A stretch of DNA of 64,000 nt. Origin: an uncultured archaeon. Its GTDB lineage: Archaea > Asgardarchaeota > Hermodarchaeia > Hermodarchaeales > Hermodarchaeaceae. Under the pieces are notes generated by a model that saw only the letters and a program-made list of their open reading frames with translations, had not been told where the DNA came from and ran no database searches. Positions within the stretch are counted from its first letter, which is position 1, and the number at the start of each line of letters is the position of its first letter. Location of the stretch: NCBI GenBank assembly GCA_964347045.1, contig CAYFXC010000002.1:116285-180284 (forward strand), given 5' to 3'. The translations under genes were made by a program, and so were the position numbers. This document shows, one piece after another, positions 1-8,007 of the stretch.

Positions 1-136
1 AAAAAAAATCCGCCGGGTCTTCATCGTTCCTTCCCCTCCATTTTGGCACTTCCCGGTCCAAGTTTGTATGGGTGGCATTGGACCTTTTTGGACAACGGAT
101 CCGGAGTTGTTGTCCGGTTACCGTGAAGACCCGGCG
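1..136 (-). ncRNA. Structured 3' element of unit B followed by an oligo-U tract (candidate 3' UTR structure/terminator)
   Basis: Perfect 13-bp inverted repeat CGCCGGGTCTTCA (11-23)/TGAAGACCCGGCG (124-136) encloses hairpins GGTCCAA/TTGGACC (55-84) and GGACAAC/GTTGTCC (90-115). A8 at 1-8 reads U8 on the minus strand. Confidence 0.65.
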
Positions 137-198
137 TCAGTCAGCGTCCAAGGTCCGCGTCCCTGGTGTTGCAATGTCAATACCTGTTGTAAGCGTGA

Positions 199-342
199 TT
201 AGCGTCGTGAAGTGACGATGGCGAAGTTGATTCGATCGCGGGGGGTGCCTTTGGGGTTCTTTGCACCTGTCACAGCGCGTTCTGTGACCGGCATTTTGGG
301 AATGATATTTTTCTTGTGTCCGGTTTCTTTCTTATTGGTCAT
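199..342 (-). CDS. 47-aa basic microprotein B, MTNKKETGHKKNIIPKMPVTERAVTGAKNPKGTPRDRINFAIVTSRR (not in ORF track)
   Basis: Hand translation, ATG 342 to TAA 199. SD GGAAGGTGA 6 nt upstream. Clear homology to the ORF at 698-838. Confidence 0.8.
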   Translation of the reverse strand: MTNKKETGHKKNIIPKMPVTERAVTGAKNPKGTPRDRINFAIVTSRR

Positions 343-402
343 TTTCTATCACCTTCCTGACGATGCAGGTCAAGTGTGTATAACCCTTAGATTGCCTATT
401 AT

Positions 403-484
403 TCGATGGGAGCTTGTCGGTGCAAAAATCCGACAAAATAATGAGAGTTGAACCATCTTTTGCACTAGTTAGTGCAAAATTTAG
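403..484 (-). promoter_or_regulatory. Conserved upstream motif block of unit B, including perfect palindrome TTTTGCACTA-GT-TAGTGCAAAA (458-479)
   Basis: Motifs recur at equivalent spacing upstream of unit A. IR TTGTCGG/CCGACAA (414-436) around loop TGCAAAAAT. Confidence 0.6.
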
Positions 485-519
485 ATTGGTAACGGTTTTA
501 GTTCGAGAAGGGGGTAAAC

Positions 520-700
520 CGGGTCCGCAGAAGCTCCAGGCCAAAGGAGTCAGAAGGGTAGTAGGTCCGTTGCCGGATCGCTGCTACGCCGATCACCCGA
601 CAACGGATGGAGGCGATTGGTGCTTGTGCAGACCCGAGATATTAGGCTGAGAGGAGGACCGGATGGCTTTGTAGTCACCATGGGGATTCCTCACAGTCTA
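520..700 (-). ncRNA. Structured 3' element of unit A
   Basis: Closing stem 520-529/627-636 (minus: CGGGUCUGCA/UGCGGACCCG, one U-G). Inner stem TCCGTTG/CAACGGA (566-607). Stem 643-700 begins at the stop codon. Confidence 0.6.
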
Positions 701-838
701 GCGTCGACTAAGGACCAGCATAACTGCGTACCGAGTGCGTGGTTTTGCAATCGGATGGGGGTTGCGGCAGCCAGCGATAGCTCGTTCAGAAGCCGACATT
801 TCAGCGATTTTCTTGTGTTTATACTTGGATTTGGCCAT
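698..838 (-). CDS. 46-aa basic microprotein A, MAKSKYKHKKIAEMSASERAIAGCRNPHPIAKPRTRYAVMLVLSRR
   Basis: C-terminal part of track ORF 698..1000. ATG 838 has SD GGAGGGA 7 nt upstream. Homologous to 199-342. Confidence 0.8.
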   Translation of the reverse strand: MAKSKYKHKKIAEMSASERAIAGCRNPHPIAKPRTRYAVMLVLSRR

Positions 839-924
839 TCTCAAATCCCTCCAATTGTGTTGTCTCCGGGATTCCCGGGGAGAAACCCCGTTGCATGTGA
901 AAGAAGGCGGCCGTTTGATAAGAA

Positions 925-1007
925 TCGATGGGAGCCAAGAAGTGCAAATCTTCTCGAAAGAAACCTGTGAAAGATAGTTTTTTTGAACCACATTATGCAA
1001 AATTTAG
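925..1007 (-). promoter_or_regulatory. Conserved upstream motif block of unit A
   Basis: TCGATGGGAGC (925-935), IR AGAAG/CTTCT around TGCAAAT (938-954), TGCAAAATTTAG (996-1007). Confidence 0.6.
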
Positions 1008-1136
1008 CTTTAAATTAGGAAGTTTTCCGTTTGGGTTGATTTTCACTATCAGAGTTTGTGAATAAGTTTTCTTAAGATTTTTTTGGGGTGTTCTGCGAAG
1101 GCTTTTGTGAACTCGGTTATAGTGTAACCTGGTGAG

Positions 1137-1661
1137 TTGATGATCAAGCAAGAAATGGAGCCGATGGCGGGAATACAGGCGTTACCGGCATTTCCGGTGG
1201 TTCTCGTTACTGTGCAGGATAACGTGATGACAGCGGCAGCATTTCATTTCTTTTCTTTTAACCCGCCGAGTGTGATGGTGGGAATTCGTCCACAGGCGCA
1301 TACATTTAAACTAATTTTAAAGAGTCGTGAATTTGGAATTAATTTACCTCAGAAGGAGCAAATTGATGTGGTTCGAGTTTGTGGTTCAGTGTCAGCGAGA
1401 GATGAAGATAAGTTCCAAAAAACAGGGTTGACACCAATGAAAGGAACAGTTATTAATAGCGTGTTGGTGGCAGACTGTCCGGTAAATTTGGAGTGTCGAG
1501 TGGTTCATGAGGTTCAGTTTGAGGGAAGCCATCGGTGGTTTGTGGGAGAAGTTGTTGCAGCCCATATTGCGGAGGATTATTCTAAAGATACAATGCTAAT
1601 GTATTGGGCTCGTGAATATCGTCGTGTTGGGGATGTGTTATTGAGTGTGAAACGCCGTTAA
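1137..1661 (+). CDS. Flavin reductase-like FMN-binding split-barrel protein
   Basis: PVVLVT...SFNPP..., EFGINLP, CPVNLECRV, GSHRWFVGEV motifs. Confidence 0.9.
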   Translation: MMIKQEMEPMAGIQALPAFPVVLVTVQDNVMTAAAFHFFSFNPPSVMVGIRPQAHTFKLILKSREFGINLPQKEQIDVVRVCGSVSARDEDKFQKTGLTPMKGTVINSVLVADCPVNLECRVVHEVQFEGSHRWFVGEVVAAHIAEDYSKDTMLMYWAREYRRVGDVLLSVKRR

Positions 1662-1736
1662 TGTGAATTAGTGAATGGAGAGAACTTTTCTTTGAAAGAA
1701 GTGTGGTGAAGGTGGAAATTAGGATTTGATTATACT

Positions 1737-2174
1737 ATGAATCCACTACAGGTGTTTCCTTTCAAGAACATGCCTAAAATGGTCGATTTAATCGCTGAAG
1801 GCGAAGTAGGTGTAGGCGCTGTTCGGTCTGCGACAGGTATGTGTGGGTTTGATTCCACTGAGGTTTCTGATATGTTAGCGTATTTGACTAGTTTTGGCCG
1901 AGTGGAAACGAAGGAAAATGGGTGGATAATCCTAAGGGCGGAAGAGGAAGCAGTATATGGGCGGTTTCGGAAGGCGTATCTGAAAGCGCCGATAGCTATT
2001 CTGTCTAATTTGTCTGAAGAAGTGAAATCGGTTGAACAGCTATCACAGGAAACGGGTCTATCAGTGGAGACTGTTGATCTGTATTTGCCGTTCTTAGTTG
2101 AGATTACGCGGCTAGGTGTAATTAGTCGATGTGCAACTGAGTATCCGGTGATTTGGTGCCAAAAATCAAAGTAA
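1737..2174 (+). CDS. Hypothetical protein, probable tandem winged-helix domains
   Basis: Two HTH-like segments (VGAVRSATGM...MLAYLTSFGRV; SVEQLSQETGLSVETVDLYL). Confidence 0.6.
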   Translation: MNPLQVFPFKNMPKMVDLIAEGEVGVGAVRSATGMCGFDSTEVSDMLAYLTSFGRVETKENGWIILRAEEEAVYGRFRKAYLKAPIAILSNLSEEVKSVEQLSQETGLSVETVDLYLPFLVEITRLGVISRCATEYPVIWCQKSK

Positions 2175-2469
2175 CTGATCGAGTTGTGATAGGATTTCTC
2201 TCGCTTTACCAGAAAGGTGAATATCTGTCCCGATTGTGAGCAGTGTTGTTTCGACGTTTACTTCGAGGATTTGCTCCTCGTGTTGCCTGATAATAAGAGG
2301 AAATATGACGACAGGTTTGACAGTTGCAGAGGATTACACAGGGAGAGTATCTGCTGGTTGGAGTTTAGCAAACACTTGATCCATGATTTCAAAAGGAAGG
2401 CTTTAACCGAACCTGAAAACTTTGAAAAAATGAATGTTTTTTATCTTTTAAAGCACCTAAGATTTTGCC

Positions 2470-2838
2470 ATGACGCGCGTAGTTCATTTTGAAATCGCTG
2501 TCGATAGCCCGGATCGAGCAATCAAATTCTATCAGTCAGTTTTTGGTTGGAAAATTGAGAAATGGGAAGGTCCAGTGGATTACTGGATGGCCGTCACTGG
2601 TGAAGAAGGTGTACCTGGAATTGATGGTGCCTTTCAACTTCGATCGGATGCTCCACAACCCATTATCAACATTATTAGTACTTCCAATGTCGATCAAACG
2701 GTTAATCAAATCGTGAAAGCAAATGGTTCAATTCTTCGCCCAAAAATGGCTGTCCCTGGAGTTGGCTGGGCGGCATATGCCAAGGATACAGAAGGGAACG
2801 TTTTCGGGTTGATGCAAAGCGATCCAGAAGCAAAATAG
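2470..2838 (+). CDS. VOC/glyoxalase family protein
   Basis: VVHFEI...RAIKFYQSVFGW...PGVGWAAYAKDTEGNVFGL. Confidence 0.92.
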   Translation: MTRVVHFEIAVDSPDRAIKFYQSVFGWKIEKWEGPVDYWMAVTGEEGVPGIDGAFQLRSDAPQPIINIISTSNVDQTVNQIVKANGSILRPKMAVPGVGWAAYAKDTEGNVFGLMQSDPEAK

Positions 2839-2909
2839 AATAGTTTAGGAATTCCAAGAGAAAGCGTTAAAGCTCCTGACTAGTTGCTCAACCTTCCAAT
2901 AATTGGAAT

Positions 2910-4514
2910 TCATTGCACCCGCCATCGTCGAATGAATATCCAGAGTATTAAAGCCATTATTATTAGAATACCAAGAGTTAGGATGAGTGGAGCTAGCCAG
3001 GGGTTGAATAGAGTTGGTGGCACTAATGTTATTGTGACAGTGATTATGTTGCTCCAAGGGCTAAAGAGATTGTTATTGTCTCGTGCTCGGACTCGAAAAT
3101 TGTAAGTTCCAGGGGGATGATTAGAAAGAAGTAAGCTTGTGGTGTTGACGTTCCATGTTCTATCGGGAATGTGGAAAAATGGAGTGGTATCCATTTGTAT
3201 TTCATAGATATCGATTGTACCGTCAGCATCTAATGCATTCGTCCATGATAGGATGAGAGACCCATAAGGATTGAGGATAGTTGGTTCTAGTAATTCCACG
3301 GGTCCGGGACTCGTTTCGCCATTGTTGCCAATTTTCACAAGAAAGCCATTTGTTGATTCGGTAAGCCAACCAGAGGTAATTCCTGAAAAATAGTGACCAT
3401 TATTTCCGCTGGCGAATCCGAAAGGTTGGCAACTTCCTGTTCCCCCCCAAGATCTTTCCCAGTTGAGTGCCCCTGTGACATTATAGTTGAGAAGATTTAC
3501 TCGGTATCCAGCGTCAGGATCCTCATATTCACTTCCCACATAGATGTTATCTTCAGTGGCGAAAAGGTCGATTCCTTCATGATTTAATCCGGTGTTTTTG
3601 ATTTCTTCCCAAAGCAAGATGCTGGTGCTATTGTATTTCCGCAAGAAGAGCTCACCGGTACTGCTGGAACTGAAAGATTGAGTGGAGCCGGTAACATACA
3701 CACTATCATTGTAGACATTTACAGCACGGGCAAGATCTTTCAGAGCTCCACCCCATGTTACATTCCAAATTAGGATACCAGTTGGGGAGAATTTGGCAAG
3801 AAATGCATTGTTGTCTGAACCGTCCCATAAATTTCCATAATCACCAACTAGATATACACCATCCGAACCAACAGCAATACCATACCCGCGGTCAACAGGG
3901 GCCAAGTCCCAGAGTTCAGACCAAACTTCATTTCCATCAAAATCAAATTTCGCGATCAGTGCATCAGCATCATCGAGTTGAGATCTCTGTATAATTCCAC
4001 CAACATAAACACCATCGATTCCTATCCCAATGCTTGTAAACCATTCACTCGGAGAATTCCCGAATGAGACATTCCAGAGTTGATTACCATTGAAGTCTAA
4101 TTTTACGAGCAAGCCATTTGTTCCAAAAAGACCACTAGTGGTCTTCCCAGCAAGATAGACCGCATCCATGGAGGTTGTTAAAGCAGAGGCAGCTTCATCA
4201 TATGGAGCTTTCCAAGTCTGATTCCACAGGAGTTCCCCTTCGACAGAATATTTAAGCAAGAGTATGTTTTGCTTCATATCTTCTAGGTCCTGTGTGGTCC
4301 CCGCTACATAGATGCCACCAGTGCCAGAAGCGACAGAAGAGAAGTTATCGTTTTGTGTTCGCATCCAAAGTAGGCTCCATGGGTCGTTTGGGTCTAAAGG
4401 TGATGCGAGAATGCTAATCGGTGGTTGTTCGGCAAAATATGATGAAGTCGTTAACACTAGCACTAGGAGGAAAATGATTAGAAAGGCTACACCCCGTGGT
4501 TTCAAGGATACCAA
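2910..4514 (-). CDS. Secreted/membrane-anchored beta-propeller protein with FN3-like domain and C-terminal TM helix
   Basis: N-terminal hydrophobic signal. About 7 repeats of YVxG...LxKxxxxGxxxWxxxW. LSWT...YEIQ...YNFRVRARD...SPWS. C-terminal TM with RRWR tail. Confidence 0.85.
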   Translation of the reverse strand: MVSLKPRGVAFLIIFLLVLVLTTSSYFAEQPPISILASPLDPNDPWSLLWMRTQNDNFSSVASGTGGIYVAGTTQDLEDMKQNILLLKYSVEGELLWNQTWKAPYDEAASALTTSMDAVYLAGKTTSGLFGTNGLLVKLDFNGNQLWNVSFGNSPSEWFTSIGIGIDGVYVGGIIQRSQLDDADALIAKFDFDGNEVWSELWDLAPVDRGYGIAVGSDGVYLVGDYGNLWDGSDNNAFLAKFSPTGILIWNVTWGGALKDLARAVNVYNDSVYVTGSTQSFSSSSTGELFLRKYNSTSILLWEEIKNTGLNHEGIDLFATEDNIYVGSEYEDPDAGYRVNLLNYNVTGALNWERSWGGTGSCQPFGFASGNNGHYFSGITSGWLTESTNGFLVKIGNNGETSPGPVELLEPTILNPYGSLILSWTNALDADGTIDIYEIQMDTTPFFHIPDRTWNVNTTSLLLSNHPPGTYNFRVRARDNNNLFSPWSNIITVTITLVPPTLFNPWLAPLILTLGILIIMALILWIFIRRWRVQ

Positions 4515-4586
4515 GACCTTTTTCGAATAGTCGATAATCCAGTGATTCGTGTATATGAGGCTTCGTTTCAGGGCAGAATTTATGGT

Positions 4587-5030
4587 TTAGAGATTTTTGA
4601 GGGCATTATGTATTTTTTTGGCCTGGGCTTGCATTTCTTCGGTTGGTGGTGTTGTTCCATAATCAGGCCCTGCTTGGATACGCAATCCGTCACCTTCGAA
4701 TCGTGGAATAACATGGATGTGTATATGGGGGATTTCTTGAAATGCCGCCTTCCCATCAGCAAGCCAGACGTTAATCCCTTCACAGCGTATTCCGGATTTG
4801 CGGAGTGCCGCAGCGATGCGTCCTGCTATTTGGAAAAGGCGGCCACTCAGCTTTGGATCCAGCGCCCCTAAGCTAGCGACGTGGCCCTTAGGAATAACGA
4901 GAGTATGACCAGGATTAATTGGTCGAATGTCAAGAAATGCAATGATTTCGTCGTTTTCATAGACTATGCTAGCAGGCAATTTTTTTGCAATGATGTTACA
5001 GAAGATACAATCAGTTGAGGATTTACTCAT
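4587..5030 (-). CDS. HIT family hydrolase
   Basis: CIFC, PINPGHTLVIPK, HIHIHVIPR triad. Confidence 0.95.
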   Translation of the reverse strand: MSKSSTDCIFCNIIAKKLPASIVYENDEIIAFLDIRPINPGHTLVIPKGHVASLGALDPKLSGRLFQIAGRIAAALRKSGIRCEGINVWLADGKAAFQEIPHIHIHVIPRFEGDGLRIQAGPDYGTTPPTEEMQAQAKKIHNALKNL

Positions 5031-5549
5031 AACTGTGTCTTGGTGCTAACCTTTGATAAATGCCTTTGTGCCAGACGTGTTGGTTAAACTATTTATTATC
5101 TCTGGCTTGGTTCAAGAGAGAGTAGATTTGTTCATCGTTGAAAATTATCTCGTCTTTAACTTTGCATTCCTTGATACAAAGGAGAATTACTTGAGTGTGA
5201 TCTCTCCTACGCTGCCTTGGTTTTCGATTAATTCTTCATATGTAGCCACTGAACTATCAGGAAAAACGAAGCTTATAAGAGTGATTTCATCTGTCCTCGG
5301 AAATTCGGCAAGTCGAAGCAATTAATTTACCCATCTCTCTCGGACATCGCTGGGAGTAACAACGGCGTCTGGAGCCCCAGTTTCGCCCATAATAATTTTG
5401 CCTTATTCAGAAAGTCGCTGATTTCAATATGATTGAATGCTATTATCTTATTGTTTTTCTGATGATTTCTTAGTTGCGTGTGAATCTGCGAAAACTATTT
5501 GTGGAATCTGCTCTGACAGGGTGTCAGATTTGTGTTTGGTGTATTATCG

Positions 5550-7382
5550 ATGAAAGGCTGGACTGGAAAGCTATTACGTGTCAACCTAGCGACTAAGGAA
5601 GTAACCCCGGAAGTGTACTCCAAGGATTTTGCCTGGCAATTTGTGGGTGGTCGAGGATTTGCTGTGAAAATCCTATGGGATGAGGTACCTCGGGGGACCG
5701 ACCCGTTATCACCAGGGAACAAATTCATTGCAGCCGTTGGCCCACTTTCGGGACTCTCAATGCCCAATGTTGGAAAAACGGTTGTGGCATCAAAAAGCCC
5801 ACTGACAGGCATCTATGGTGACGGAAATATCGGTTCACACTTTGGTTCACAACTCCGTCGATCTGGTTATGATCTTGTTGTAGTTGAAGGAAAAGCAGAG
5901 AACCCTGTTTATGTTTTAATTGAAGATTCCGATGTTAATATTCTCGATGCAGGTCAATTATGGGGTAAAGGAGCATTCGAAGCGGAACAGAAACTAGAAG
6001 ATATCCATGGTAAGAACATCGGCACTCTCATAATTGGTCAGGGTGGCGAAAATCTTGTTAAGTATGCCATTGTCCGCTCCATGATGGGACGTGCAGGTGG
6101 TCGCCCAGGAATAGGAGCAGTGATGGGTTCAAAGAAGCTGAAAGCTTTGGTAGCAAGGGGAAGTACCAGCCCTAAGATTGAAGACATTCAAACGTTTCGT
6201 CAACTTGGTCGAGATGGTTTCAAAGATATTCGTGAAAAACCAAGTTACGACGAATGGATGACCCAAGGTACCATGTTAATTCATGCGTGGTGTCAGGAGT
6301 TTAGTATTCTCCCCAGCTATAATTTCAAGGAAGGGCAATTTGAGCATGCTGAAGCCCTGAGCGGAGACACGATGGAAACCATGAAAGAAAAAACTCGAGG
6401 ATGCCCTCATTGCACGATGCAGTGTGGTCATTCTATCAAAGATTCAGAAGGCAAACCTGCGGAGCTGGATTATGAGAATGTAGCATTGCTTGGCTCTAAT
6501 ATTGGATTGCGAGACCTACGTGAAGTGGCTACACTGAATCGGTTAGCAGACGAATTTGGGCTTGACACTATTTCACTTGGAAATACCATTGGTTTTGCAA
6601 TGGAAGCATCAGAAAAGGGGATAATTGATGAAAAGTTAGATTGGGGAGACTTTCAAGCCACAAAGCAGTTGATTTCAGATATCGCTTTTCGTAGAGGTTC
6701 CCTCGGACCCTTGCTTGCTGAGGGAACTCGGAATTACGCTTCGAAACTAGGCAAAGAAGCAATGGACTTTGCAATGCAAATTAAAGGATTAGAAATTTCA
6801 GGATACGACTGTCACGCAGCCCCAGGTATGGCTCTGTCATTCGGTGTCAGTTCTATTGGAGCACATCACAAGGAAAGTTGGATTATCACCTATGAAGTTG
6901 ATGTAGGTCGTGAATCCTACGATGAAAGTAAAGTAGACAAAATCATTGAATTACAACGGATTCGTGGCGGAATGTTTGAACAACTTGTTGGTTGTCGATT
7001 TCCCTGGATAGAATTGGGATTTAATCTTGAATGGTATCCAAAATATTTTGCAGCTGCCACTGGATTAAAATGGACCCTCGATGATTTTTGGGTTGTTGCA
7101 GATCGTATCTATTCTCTAGTTCGAGCATATGGAGTACGTGAATTTAATGGTGAGTGGGATCGCTCAATGGATTATCCACCTACTCGTTGGTTTAAGGAGC
7201 CCTTATCGTGTGGCCCGCTAGCCGGAATGAAACTTGACAAAGACGGTTATGAGAAAATGCTTTCTTGGTATTATCAAAAGCGAGGTTGGGATGAACGAGG
7301 AATCCCCACGAAGAAACGACTATCTGACCAAGGATTAGCTTGGATTATCCCTGAGCTTGAAGAAGTCACTACACTATCGTGA
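5550..7382 (+). CDS. aor: Tungsten-dependent aldehyde:ferredoxin oxidoreductase family protein
   Basis: GWTGKLLRVNL, KSPLTG, GAVMGSKKLKA, CPHCTMQCG, YYQKRGWD. Start refined to ATG 5550. Confidence 0.93.
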   Translation: MKGWTGKLLRVNLATKEVTPEVYSKDFAWQFVGGRGFAVKILWDEVPRGTDPLSPGNKFIAAVGPLSGLSMPNVGKTVVASKSPLTGIYGDGNIGSHFGSQLRRSGYDLVVVEGKAENPVYVLIEDSDVNILDAGQLWGKGAFEAEQKLEDIHGKNIGTLIIGQGGENLVKYAIVRSMMGRAGGRPGIGAVMGSKKLKALVARGSTSPKIEDIQTFRQLGRDGFKDIREKPSYDEWMTQGTMLIHAWCQEFSILPSYNFKEGQFEHAEALSGDTMETMKEKTRGCPHCTMQCGHSIKDSEGKPAELDYENVALLGSNIGLRDLREVATLNRLADEFGLDTISLGNTIGFAMEASEKGIIDEKLDWGDFQATKQLISDIAFRRGSLGPLLAEGTRNYASKLGKEAMDFAMQIKGLEISGYDCHAAPGMALSFGVSSIGAHHKESWIITYEVDVGRESYDESKVDKIIELQRIRGGMFEQLVGCRFPWIELGFNLEWYPKYFAAATGLKWTLDDFWVVADRIYSLVRAYGVREFNGEWDRSMDYPPTRWFKEPLSCGPLAGMKLDKDGYEKMLSWYYQKRGWDERGIPTKKRLSDQGLAWIIPELEEVTTLS

Positions 7383-7406
7383 TTTCATAATAATTGAAAC
7401 CAAATG

Positions 7407-7964
7407 CTAGTCGGTTTTGTCAGTAAAACTGATGCGAAAAACACAGTTTGCATTCCCTTGCAATCTCCCTTCGGTTTGAGTGACTCGAGCAATATATGGA
7501 ACCTTCAGATACTCAATCCAATGTTGAAGTAGTCCTTCAAGCATTCCAGAAACCAATTCACAATAGCGTAAATCCAATTCGGCTTCGAAGGTATCCTGCG
7601 AGCAGATGGGACAAGAATTTGTTCGAATAAATAGCGTGCGATCGTCGGTGAATTCCATAGAATCAGGCGGATTTCCTGTGGCTAGTTCCCAATTACGTGC
7701 GAGATATTCGTCAACCCGATTTAGGAAAAGATCTGGAGAATTAGGAAAGAAATCTTTTTTTGGTTCTCCATAGCGACTTACAAGCCCTAATAACAAAGGG
7801 GTAGTCATGGTTTTTCCGAGTGCGTGAAGCGCGCGTTCAATAGCTGTAGGATTACCAGCATGTTCGACGGATAGCACTTCCACTAATCGGAGATAGAAAA
7901 TCGATAATAGTGGTCCTGAGAAGAGAGGCGGTTTGTCTGGCGGCTCGGCTTCGTCGGAGGTCAT
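7407..7964 (-). CDS. V4R (TRAPP/Bet3-related fold) domain protein
   Basis: CPIC...YCELVSGMLEG...C pattern typical of V4R. Confidence 0.7.
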   Translation of the reverse strand: MTSDEAEPPDKPPLFSGPLLSIFYLRLVEVLSVEHAGNPTAIERALHALGKTMTTPLLLGLVSRYGEPKKDFFPNSPDLFLNRVDEYLARNWELATGNPPDSMEFTDDRTLFIRTNSCPICSQDTFEAELDLRYCELVSGMLEGLLQHWIEYLKVPYIARVTQTEGRLQGNANCVFRISFTDKTD

Positions 7965-8007
7965 ATCAATTTCATCCTATTATTTTCTTGACCTAGATTT
8001 TTAGAAT

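Larger units (their letters stand above)
1..1010 (-). repeat. Diverged tandem duplication of a ~500-bp microprotein/structured-RNA cassette (unit B ~1-490, unit A ~500-1010)
   Basis: The units share TCGATGGGAGC-N6-GTGCAAA (403-426, 925-948), TGCAAAATTTAG (473-484, 996-1007), homologous sORFs, GACAACGGAT (91-100, 599-608) and a CGGGTC...GACCCG closing stem, all in the same order. Confidence 0.85.

Noticed and set aside
533-662. SRP-like CAGGCC...GGAG and RNase P-like GAGGA segments
   Set aside because: No GNRA-capped helix 8 and no P4 consensus (GAGGAAAGUCC)
590-700. UAG readthrough (pyrrolysine) of microprotein A, suggested by a stem starting at the stop
   Set aside because: The paralog stops with UAA at the same position, the extensions are not homologous, and no pyl genes are seen
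808-838. MAKSK start resembling eukaryotic ribosomal protein eL29
   Set aside because: Similarity is limited to five residues and is not shared by the paralog
212-977. Track ORFs 212..451, 332..544, 414..650, 617..970, 735..977
   Set aside because: No evident SD and no mutual homology; they overlap the better-supported sORFs and structured elements
2217-2492. 91-aa Cys-rich ORF
   Set aside because: No recognisable family, and it overlaps the probable promoter and start of the VOC gene
5187-5390. Minus-strand frame MGETGAPDAVV...WVN-stop-LLRLAEF...TLK, possible gene remnant
   Set aside because: Internal TAA and no recognisable family; cannot be supported without a search
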